From Epithemia pelagica (taxonomy: Eukaryota > Protista > Bacillariophyta): DNA of 64,000 nucleotides. Positions within the stretch are counted from its first letter, which is position 1; each line of letters begins with the position of its first letter. The notes under the pieces are model-generated. The model was given only the letters and a program-made list of their open reading frames with translations. It had not been told where the DNA came from and ran no database searches. Of the stretch, positions 1-11,100 are shown in pieces. The stretch is from contig OX337229.1 of assembly GCA_946965045.2 (NCBI GenBank), positions 5,146,001 through 5,210,000 on the forward strand, given 5' to 3'. The position numbers were made by a program, and so were the translations under genes.

Positions 1-36
1 CTGATTTTCTATAACCCAGACCTCCAGACATTTTCT

Positions 37-2566
37 GTGTCATCCGACTATTCCCTTGACACTGACCGCAGCGTCAGTGACGCCTTTCCTTCCCTCGTCT
101 ACGATGGGGGGATCCAGCTGTCGCTCTGGGCTTGTGACAACGGGTTCGTCAAGTCTATTTATCCGCCTGGCACTCCCGTTTTCTACCAACAGGCGGGCGA
201 CTCCACTCGGTATCAGGGCCAAGTCGTACAGGTTCCTACTGGTACTACGCCCACCTACAAGATTGATCCCACTGATCCTCCCTCCGACGGTCCCATTGAG
301 ATTGACGCCGAATTAGTGTGGGGGGTGAACGACCTCAAACGAGGTTCCCCAAGTCCTACTGACACCACCACCGATGCGGACTCCGCGGTTGATACCTCCA
401 CGTGGGCCGAAGATCCCCTGCGTCCGACGTGGTTGCGCCCGTCGGAACCTGTCACTCTCCAGGTGGAGGACCAGGGTTATATCCAAGGGGCTCTGCAATT
501 AGACGCAAGCGGAGAATGGGAGTTTGTCGGGCGTGACGCGGGAGATAACAATCAACGAACCGTGGTGCCATTGCCCACGTTAGCTCAAACCTATCGAAGC
601 ATGATGCAAGAAGGAATCCTTGTCCCAGGTTGGACGCTCGATCCCAATGTGTCCATCGCCCGACGGTTTGTGTCTGCTGGCGGACTAGATCGCAAAACTG
701 CTCCGGGGTTGCTACTACAACTGCCCGGACTCACCAACAACGACAGGACCATCTGGACAGACTCATACGGGGAAGAGCATGGGAGCTTAGTTACAATGGA
801 CGTGTTCGACGAAATCGATCAAAAGACTTACGAACGGTATCAAGAGGCAGGATTCACCGCCATTCCCACCATGAATGTGTTCACAATCAAACCCGACGAG
901 ATGGGCAATCCGTACCGTGCCAAGAGCCGTATCGTGGTTCTGGGAAACCTCGAGGAGAGGATCTGGACCAGCTCAGATCGATATGCCCCGGTGCTGCAGG
1001 CAACCAGTTGTCGTCTCTTGATATCAATGGCAGTGGAGCGTGGACGAGTGGCAAAACAGGGGGATTGTAAAAACGCATTCTGTCAGCCGGAATTGCCGGA
1101 GGAGGAAGTTGTCATATGCCTGCCTCCAAAGGGCTGTCCAATCAGCAAACCTAACCAGCACTTACTGGAAACTAAAGAAGACGTTGTATGGACTGCGCCG
1201 AAGTCCAAGACACTGGTACGACAAGTTTGTCAAAGTGCTGGTGGACCAGATGGGTTTCCAAAAGTGCGTCAACGACCCGTGCATACTGGTGGGATATAGT
1301 CCAGGTGGAACTGAACCCATATACGTGGGAGTGTACGTAGACGATTTTGTCTATTTCAGTGCCGATGCTGCTGCCGAGAAGTGGTTTGAGACCAAGTTGT
1401 GCGAACTGTTGACCGTCGATTTCATGGGCGTGGTGTCATACTTTCTCGGGTGCCGGTATCAATGGTATCGAACCGAGAACGACGGTGTGGGCGTCCACAT
1501 TTCCCAGCCGGGTTTCATTGAACAGTTCCTGCAAAAGTTTGGAATGCAGGACTGTACACCAACGAAAAGTCCCTACCGATCTGGATTACCAATCGACAGG
1601 ATTCTGTCACCTACAACGACACCAGATAACAATCCACTAGTGGGGCCTTATCGATCCCTTATGGGGGGTTTGACGTGGCTGTCCATCAGAACTCGTCCGG
1701 ATATCGCCGTGGCACACAAGCTGTTAAGTAAGCATGTGACCAACCCCAGCCAGGGACACTTCGAAGCGGCCAAACACGTCTTGCGCTACTTACGCGGAAC
1801 AACGGATCGCGGGTTATCGTTCGTTGAGAAGGCAGCTGACAACGCCATTCATGGGTACATCTCGTGGCCAACCAACACGCCAGTACCGTCACACCTACAA
1901 AGCGAAAAGTTCACGGATTCGAACTGGGGACCACAAGACGCGTCGCGACCCTTGCCAGAAGAACAAGAAACCCGAACCGTAACCGACGACGAATGCAAGT
2001 CATTGCAAGGCGCGCTAGTACTCCGCACGGGCGGCCTGGTGTGGTGGAAGATCGAGCGCGAAGAAAGATGCAGCCGCAGCTCATGCGAAGCGGAAATCAA
2101 ATCGATGGACCTGGTAACGAAGGAGGCCCAACACCTCCACTACTTGATGGACGAGCTGCACCTACCTGACACCCAACGGGCGATCCCAGTATACAACGAC
2201 AATAGAGGTGCCGTAGACTGGAGCAGTTCCGGCGCCATCACCAAATGGTTGCGGCACCTCAACATGCGTGAGGTCGCTATCAGAGACGCTATCAAAGCCA
2301 ATGAAGTGACCGTATTCCATATCCCTGGGAAAGTGAATCCCGCCGACTTGCTAACTAAGGAACATCGAGACGCTACCCATTTCCAAGAGCTCCGCGACAT
2401 TCTAGTACCAGGCGAGCCCGGAGTGGGGGGTGTTGGAAATGAGAAGATAGAGGAAGTCGTCCGGCGCGGACGCGCGACCAGTCACGAAGCTGAGTCACGA
2501 TCACCAAAGACAATGACCAAGAACGTGAGCTGGGCGGATATAGTGAAACGAAGGAATGTAGCATAA
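37..2566 (+). pseudogene. Frameshifted Copia pol (RT-RNase H)
   Basis: ORFs 37..1299 and 1040..2566 join at CPISKPN / TYWKLKKTLYG; about 4 extra nt (CAGC, 1156-1159) break the frame. Confidence 0.85.
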
Positions 2567-3099
2567 GGCCGTTCCTTGATATTCTGCAAAAACAAAAGTT
2601 GGAGCGTGACACGTCACAAAATACCCGGAAATATGGCGTCAAATCCGGGTTCGACGCTGTTTCAGCTTTTGAGGCTGCAAAAGTTGGGTCCAACTTTTGC
2701 AGGCCGGCAAAAGCTGAACAGACATTAGGGATAGTGCTTTCTTCTTGCTAGTGTACATTGGGCCCTACAGAAACAAAAATGACGGTTAAGGATTTGAACG
2801 GCGCGCGTTCGACTCCAACGGTCCCCCTAACCTCAATGAAGAGGAAGCTCATAATGTCCTACTTTGATAATTTTAGTCTATAAAAATCAAAGTGAATATG
2901 GGGACTATTGGGGAACTTGGGGGAAAAAGTGCGGTTATAGGTTTTGGTTTTGTAAATGCCAAAGGAGGGCGTGTCGCGCAATTGTCTACAAAAAGGTGAT
3001 GTCATGTGTCGATTTTTGTTTTTGCAGAATATCAAGGAACGGCCTAACCTGTCTATAATTTCGAATTCTGTAAGAAGTCTTGCCCTCCCGTTCTTAACA
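2431..3099 (+). repeat. 3' LTR of Copia no.1 (about 188 bp after removing the MITE)
   Basis: Starts TGTT directly after the PPT; the first TTAACA downstream of the MITE ends at 3099. The right end is inferred because the 5' LTR is not in the window. Confidence 0.6.
2567..3044. mobile_element. 478-bp MITE, PIF/Harbinger (Tourist-like)
   Basis: Perfect 31-bp TIR GGCCGTTCCTTGATATTCTGCAAAAACAAAA; TAA target duplication at 2564-2566 and 3045-3047; no coding capacity. Confidence 0.9.
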
Positions 3100-3218
3100 A
3101 CCGGTCATCAGTCATCAATGGCTCATTGGGATTTGGGCGATGGTTCAGTTTGTGGTAGGGGGTAGGGGCTTGTCGATTGTCGATTGTCGACTACGATATA
3201 CGAGTACGATAGCAGATA

Positions 3219-3929
3219 CTCCCTCTGGACCGAAATTGTGTAGCGAATTGCAAAAAAATACTGTAACTTCATGGGCATATCTCCGTTTGTACTAAAAATT
3301 ATATAGATCGGTCGGTCTTTCCAAGATCTACATTTTCATGTATAATTTATATGTTCCATCTCTCATTTTTGGGGCCATGAGAGAGAACTAAAGCGTAGCA
3401 AAAATAAATGTCTAACTTTGCCGTACCGGTTCATGCCCCCTGACCCCTCTCAAGACCCGGCCCATTTAGGGGAGGCCCAGAGGGGTCCATAGAGGAGGGA
3501 TATGCATCCACAAGACCGTGGACGTGCCATAGTGCTTCTGCTGGCGCTGGCTAAAAATGGCAGACTTTCCCATGGTGCCATTGCACAAGTCGCCAAAAAA
3601 TTTGGTGCTAGCAGAACCTCCATAAGTAATCTGTTGGCGCGTGCCATGCTCAGTCGTGCTTCAGTGCTTAATCAACTCACCAGATATTTGGCCTAATGCA
3701 TGCAGGCGCGGAAAAAAGCTTATCTATCAGTCCTTAGTCGTTATATTTGACGTTAAATAGATTTTCTACTTATTTGAAGGCACGTGTGTCGTGGAATGTT
3801 CATCTCTAAAATTCGACTCCGAATGAGCCGGCCAGTTCCCCGTAGGTTTGTACCAGGGTCTACGTGATGTATTAAGGCGACTAATTTTACTTGTTGGTCG
3901 CGCGCTACACAATTACGGTCCGGAGGGAG
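3219..3929 (+). mobile_element. 711-bp internally deleted Tc1/mariner element
   Basis: 27-bp TIR CTCCCTC(T/C)GGACCG(A/T)AATTGTGTAGCG with TA on both sides; subterminal motifs GTATAATTTATATGTTC and TTCGACTCCGAATGAGCC are shared with the mariner at 30889; ORF 3502..3696 resembles the transposase N-terminal HTH. Confidence 0.85.
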
Positions 3930-5168
3930 TAGCAGATAGCCCCTCCTCCACCCTCCCGTATTCGTATTTGTCGTATGTAGACTTGTAGAGCTTTTAATAA
4001 GGCGTGGCGTTGCCCTAAAACCTAACCCGGATTTATGGAAGTTACACTACTGTTTTACAGTACGAGTTTCAACAAAACAGAAAATAAAAGGCACTCTATT
4101 TCTGATACTGTATCATGTTGACACGAGAACGAGAGAGGGGGGAAGAGCACAGAACAGACCACCCCGAGCTATCAGCATTCAGCATACAGCATGCTCTATG
4201 CTCTTCGACCTTCGACTCGCATTTCGCATGGGTTTCGTCTTTCCAAACTCAATAACTCTTAATGACCGTACAGTGCAAGGGTCTTATTCGGAAGCAGGGG
4301 TCTGATGTCTCATATCCATATATTATGTTTGTAATGGCGGGTCGGACGGTGACGCACGGGGATGCTGATCGTAAACGTGCCAACACTGGGGGAGATCCCG
4401 TTCCATGTGTTCGTTGATTCAATGGAGGGGAAAGAGAAGGGGTCTGAAACGAACATCCGATTCCTCTCTCAGACTTGAGACGCTGTCGGTGTGGTCATCA
4501 CGATTTTTTAACTCTATGGATCAAGGGCAACAACGACCCACTGGTTAGATGGGGTTACAGTCATGGTTGCGTCCGTTGCTCTTCGACTGCTGGGCATCAA
4601 CCACTTTTGGTGTCGCGTTGCACGAGCTTGAATGGTTGTGTCCTCTACCTCCTCCCAAGGGTCATTTCATTTTCACTGATTGGTCTCCTGCTCGTGAAAG
4701 ACAAACCTTGGGTGTCATCTTTAATCACCAATGGTCACCAACACAAGTACAGTTCTTGTGTGGCGGATAATAAGGATGAGCAAAAGAGATGCTGAATCTT
4801 TTCAATGACCATCCAAAATGCCAATCCATTTCATATGGGAGTGATTGATCATGGGTATCATCATCATTTGAATTGTCTCATAAAATCAAAGACGATCAGA
4901 TTTTGATTTGGTCTTTGTCGATTGCTGACTGATTGGAAAACACCTTGTTTTGCCTTCGATATTCTGGTAAGGAAGAATTGTCTTTCCGCCACAGGCAATC
5001 TGTTTCTCATCTCCCTTGATGAGAAGCCCATTGACGTCCCAGGAGTAACACTCTTGTTGTTTCTTTTGTTGGGACTGGTCTGTTTCAGGGCATATTGCTC
5101 TTGTTCTTGATCGTGTCACCCACATTGCCATCCTCTGTACTTTGCACTTCTTGAAGATATCCGCAAAC

Positions 5169-8100
5169 ATGAAGCTTGCCGCGAATTCGTCCTTTGGATG
5201 TCGCAAGGACAAGGTGGTCCGCACCACCGTCCTCTTTTGGACCAGCCTGTTTGTTGTTCTCAACCTGTCCTGTCTGCCTGGCGTATTGGGCAGGTCGTCT
5301 CCTGACGAACTTGTTCCGCAACCACCACCAGACCTGACAGGTGAGATTGGGTTTGCTCCGCCACCACAAGACCCGAATGGTCTGATTGATGCTGCTCCAG
5401 CTGACCAAGAGAAGATTACTGCGGTACAATCGGGCCAAGAACAAGTGTTTGTGGTTACTGGGCCACAAGCTACCGTGTGCCCGCCGGATCATATGCCACG
5501 CCAGTATCCGGATTCCGATCTATATGGTTGCTTCCTTGTTGGATGTAGGTAACTCGGGTGCTCCTCCCCCTCTTCGATCTCCTCCCCAACAAGGGTTAAA
5601 GAAACTGCATCATCACCTGATGCCGAGACGGGACCTCAAGATATTCAAGGTTGTAATGGGGCGAACCAGATTGCAGTTTATCAATGTGGTACATTTGTGA
5701 CCTGCACGGATCAACTTGATGCGTTTGGTACATTCATCCCGGATGGAACTTGTGGTGGTGGGATTCCCAACGATGCCCTCATAAACGCACCCGTCGAAAA
5801 CTTGTCAGTCGCCTTAGCCAACGGAGAAGTGTTCGCCGAATCCGCCCCATTCTCACCAGCCATACCCCGTGAAGTATTGGGACCCTACATGCTGTACAGT
5901 ACCTGTCCGGAAGGAACTGAGTTGGTGGAACTGCCAGATGGAACCTCTGCCTGCTTTTACGAAGGTCACCGCTACTTGGGTTGTTGGCAGAAGGAATATT
6001 CACCATCACCGGCTCGGAGTTTCAATGAATCCATGACATACTGTATGGACGAGTATGGAAGTGGCCCTTATAAATTTGCAGCTTTGACAGGAGGAGGTGT
6101 TTATGACTGCTTCGACGATCTTGATTCTCAAATGTTGGGTACCGCCGCAAGTGGCACAGAATGTACCTTGTTGTGTGAGGATGATGTGGACGGCTCCAAA
6201 ATCTGTGCTCCGAATGTGGCGCAAATGGTATACAGTACAGACCCTGACGAGAACGTGCTTCCTCCATCCGAAATAAAAGTAACATGTCCACCAGGACACG
6301 ATGTTGGTGTAGTGGAAAATGACCAGCAAGCATGTTTTTTTAACGGATATCGGTATCACGGTTGCTTTCAACGGTATGCTGACAAGATCAAACCTGAACT
6401 GGGTAAAGCCATCGCTGAATGCTCGGAAAAAGACTTGGCAGTGGTTGAGCTTTTTGGTGGAACGCCTTCGTGCCTGACAAAAGACGAGTCCACGAACGGT
6501 CTTCCCTCTCCAGACGAACTTTGTTATCCGATATGCACAGAAGCCATTGACACCGGCACTCTTGACATTGCCCGCTCCCTCGATTGTGGCCGCCAGGTGG
6601 CTTACGCGCGATACAGTACGACAAAGGAATTTGACCATCTCTGCGAACTTGGAGCGAGTATGTGTCCCGCGGGAACTACGTTATTCACTCACGACGACCA
6701 AAGTGTTTGTTGGGACACTGTTCACCGAGAGTACGTGGGCTGTTTCACGAAAGATGAGTTGGAAGTTGCCAGTAACAGTTCCATCCACTTTATGGCAATT
6801 TTTCAACCAGGCAGTGATACCTTGGATGCCTGCCTTGACGCATGCCGCGATGAATATAGTTTCGGGGCAATGAAAAATGGCAATGAATGCTATTGCTTCA
6901 CAACCGGGAACGAAGCTGTCTTTGCTTCTCCACCACCGCATTGCTTGTGCACCTCCCCGTGCGGAGATGGTAAGGATGATACCATATGTGGAGCTACGGA
7001 CCGATACAGTGTGTTCCGCACCGTGCCTACCAATTTCCCTCCGGTTGCCGTGGCCAAGGCTGAAAAAACGGTGGAGTGTAATGAGGAGAGAACATATGTC
7101 AACCTGGATGCGTCTTCCTCCAAGGATCCCGATGGAAGTGATTCAGGTTTGAGCTATACGTGGTACAGGAATGGTTCATGGACAAAGGATACGTCCGACT
7201 CTGTAACTTCGACGTCTTTCTCCGTTAGCACTTACTTGATGTCGGTCAATGTGTGCGATTCAACGCCATGTGGTGTGGCGGAGCAGATTCAACGCCATGT
7301 GGTGTGGCGGAGAAGTGTACCAAATCCGACGATGTACTCATTCAAGTTCAAGATACGAAGGTACGTTGGTCGTGCGTCCGTCATTGTTTCCGGTCATGTT
7401 CGACTGCCACTAACTCACATGACTTTGTTGGGCCTTTGCCTCTTGATGCGTCGTCGGCTTCCAGCCTCCAACCATTACGTGTCCCCTTAAAAACGCCGGA
7501 CCACTTTTGATTGTACCGGGACAATCATCAATGCCCACTTCCATCAATGTAGCTGAACTCTCGGCGTCTGATGTTTGCGGCGACACAACGATTGGAGATC
7601 CCGAGTTTTCCTTCACCATGAAAGATTCGACGACTGGCGAGTACGTTTCGGCGCCCAATGTCTTAAAGCTTGGAACATTGGATGAACAGTACTTATGGAT
7701 AGAGGGCCATACGACAATGGCTGGTACATACAGACTTGGAATGTCAGCAACCGCGAAAGATGAAAATGGAAATAGTGCATCACTGGATCCTTCCAAATGT
7801 TACATGACAGTTGAAATTAAGAATCTTCCTCCGATTGCAGATCTATATATTGAGCGTCCGTCGCGACAGTGTGACGGGGCCACGACGTCTGTGGAGCTGG
7901 ATGTATCGAAATCTTTTGATCCCAACGAAGGTGATAAACTGACATTTTCATGGGCCATTGGAGACGAGCAGAAAGATAGCTGGACGGGCAACTCTCACAA
8001 GGTGGGCTTGACGGTTGAAACCCATTTGATCAGTGTCCAGGCATGCGATAGTTTCGGGTTGTGTGACAGAACACCTGGCACTAAGGTTTATATTCAAGGT

Positions 8101-11100
8101 AGCACGGTAAGAGGCCTGTGAAGAAGACAATTGCGTTTCGGGCGTTGAGTTCCTCTCCTGTTGCTGACACCTTTGCTACTCTTGTTGATGTTGATTCAGC
8201 CGGAGCTGAAATGCACTTACTCGCCCGCCGGTCCCATTACACAAGACAAATTTCCTGCTTCCGTCAAGGCATCTGTGAGCAACCGTTGCGGAGATGTAAA
8301 GATTGTGTCTTTACAGCCAATGTTCACCGAGGTCACAGGCGACGACAGTTCAGTTCAACAGTTTTCTGTGCGGAACGCCGAGTTGTTCGCTGATTCTCAG
8401 GATGAAGCGCAATCTCTTGATGTCCTCAGTCAACGTGATTCTATCTACCTTTCAAGTGCTGCCAATGTTCCTGCTGATTACCAACTGAAAATTACTGAAT
8501 ATGATACACGTGGACCTGATTATGCCGACCTTTCAAGCTCTGTCAACGCTCTCGCTGGTAATGTTGATCTCATTGACAAAGGTTCTTCCGACCAATTCAC
8601 AACGGAATTCGTCGGAAATTCTGAAGTGAAACTAGTCAGCTCAAGTGCACCTGTGGGTAAGTATGTCATGAATGCATATCCTACGGTTGTTGACCGCAAC
8701 GGTAGACTGTTTCAAATGTCCCAGCATTGTACCATGGACGTTGAGATCTTGAACATGGCTCCGGCTGCTAGTTTCACCGTTGATGGTACTGATGCAGATG
8801 CAATAACGCATGAATGTAAGGACGAGAAGACGAAAGTAGTCTTGGACGCTTCTTCTTCCAAAGACCCGGATGGCCATTCTTTGACGTATACATGGTACGA
8901 TAATGGAACAGAGATGAAAGAGTGGCAGGGAGCTACACCAATTACCGCATTGCCTCGCGGAGATCATGCCATTTCGCTTATGGTATGCGACCAGTTGCCT
9001 GGTGGCAGGTCGTTGCTGCAAGACAGGTCCAAGTGTGACACGACGAAACAAGTCCTTGTTTCAATTCAAGACAAAACGGTACGACTTTCGTCTCGACATC
9101 TCGTTGAGTTTGGTGCTTTCATACCACTGCTTGTCCACTAACAGTCATCGTCTCGTTTTGAATCTGTCACAGGCTCCAATTATCCCATCATGTCCCTACA
9201 AGAAGGACCAAATCATTGAACTACCCAAAATGCCATTGTCATTCCAACTTAAAGCTACGGATACTTGTGGTACCGCGAGTCTATCAGTTGACAAGACAAC
9301 AATAACAATGACTAGCCCTGACAAGAATGATTCAGCGCTCGATGTCTCGAATGAACTGAGCGCCAAAGTTGTGAAGGCTGCGACAAAAACGACACGTTAA
9401 TGACTCAGAGGCGGATGTCTCGAGTGATTTCGGCGTCAAAGTTGTGAAAGATACAGTTACGATCAACACTGTCGAAGGTAAACCGTTGAACTTGGGAACA
9501 TACAACATTCAGATGTTGTTTAAGGCCACCAACGAGGAAGGCCTTTCTACCACTGCGGAGTGTGACTTTCAAGTGGAAATTGTTAATGAATCTCCCACCG
9601 CAGCCCTTTCGATTGACACGTCTCGGGAATGTACTGAGCGATTGACAGATGTGACGCTTGATGTTTCGCAGTCCAACGATCCGAATGGTCACGAAATGAC
9701 ATATTTTTGGTATTGGAACGACGAAAAACAGGATGGCTCATGGACTGAGGACTATCATACTGTGAAATTACCAGTTGGAAGTCATTCCATTGCGGTCGAA
9801 GCCTGTGATGCCCTTGACCCTAACATGTGCGACATGACGGAGTGGAAGACAGTTGAAATCACAGACACCACGGTAAGAGGAATTTCTCTATATCTCGGCG
9901 TGATAATGCACAAGAACAGACGCATCATCATCAAGTACTTGTGTTGATCTTGTCTTCTCACTGCTCCTGTCCTTCCTTTGTTTTTCCATTTCCGACAAAA
10001 GGGCCCCAATATCATCTGCCCCTCTGGTATTGAGACGCCTATCACCCAGTTTCCTTTTACTCTCAGTGTTGATGCCTCGGATGCGTGCAGTTTGGTCAAA
10101 TATACAACAATAATGGGACAAAAATTTGTGAGTGCATCCTCAGGCGAAGAAAGTAAAGATTTCGAGGTTGAAAGCAACGGTACAGAATTACAAATCACTG
10201 GTCAAAAAGCTGCCGTTGGGACATATCGAATGGAAATCAATATTCAATCTCAAGATGAAATGAACCGACTTGGCACCACCACATGCAGTGTGATGGTGGA
10301 AGTTGAGAATGAACCTCCCGTTGCCAATCTAGTTCAACCAAATACTATGGAATGTACAGAAGAGATGACTGTCGTACATCTCGATGCCTCTGGATCACGT
10401 GATCCCAATCCCAGGCAATCTCTTACATATTCTTGGTACAACAATGATACCCTAGAAAACTGGGAGGGTGCAAAGCCTTCCGCTAAATTGGGAGTGGGAA
10501 CGCACGAAATTCATGTCAATGTTTGTGATAACATGGGCGCGTGTACAGACTCGGACAAAATCGAAGTTACTATTCAAGATAACAAGGTACGATGACTTGA
10601 CTACTGGCCGTACTATGATCATCACTTCCAGGCTCACGCATTTTATTTTTCTCGTTTGCTTTAACTCTCTAGGGCCCTGAGATCAAGTGTCCATTCGCTG
10701 GGACCGAAATCATCACGCAGCAAAACTTCCCTTTCGAAATTCCCAAAGTAGAGGCCTCTGATGATTGCAGCAGTCCAGTCAAGACGATTACTCGGTATTC
10801 GTTTTGGAAAAACCACCGAACAACCGACGATCCCCCTTCTGAAGTGACAGACGACTTCGAGGTGGTAGAAACCGATAATGGAACCATGATGATTAATGAT
10901 AAACGAGTTGGCATCGGATCATATGTGATGAAGATAGAGGCGACATCATCAGATCAGTCTGGCCAAACAAGCACGCTCGACAGTGACATTTGCAATTTGG
11001 AAATACAAGTTGTGAATTTTTTCCCTACAGCAGAAATCAACATTGATGGAGAACAATCACGAGAATGTACTGGACTGACGACAGCTGTCAATTTTGATGG

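Larger units (their letters stand above)
1..3099 (+). mobile_element. Copia LTR retrotransposon no.1: 3' part only (end of integrase region, RT, RNase H, PPT, 3' LTR); 5' part lies outside the window
   Basis: RT motifs KQGDCKNAF and YVGVYVDDF; RNase H motifs FTDSNW, SSCEAE, YNDNRGA and ADLLTK; purine tract GAGTGGGGGG (2421-2430) immediately followed by TGTTGG. Confidence 0.9.

Noticed and set aside
3210-3938. Apparent 9-bp TSD (TAGCAGATA) around the small mariner element
   Set aside because: The flank is a short GATAGCA tandem repeat and the ends are typical TA-targeting mariner ends, so insertion into a pre-existing repeat is simpler.
4012-4030. Telomere-like CCCTAAAACCTAACCC
   Set aside because: Two to three degenerate units only; compatible with chance.
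5549-5593. 45-nt in-frame GT-AG intron that would remove the TAA
   Set aside because: Much shorter than the other introns here (86-154 nt), and it would delete the conserved RYLGC repeat motif; kept only as an alternative.
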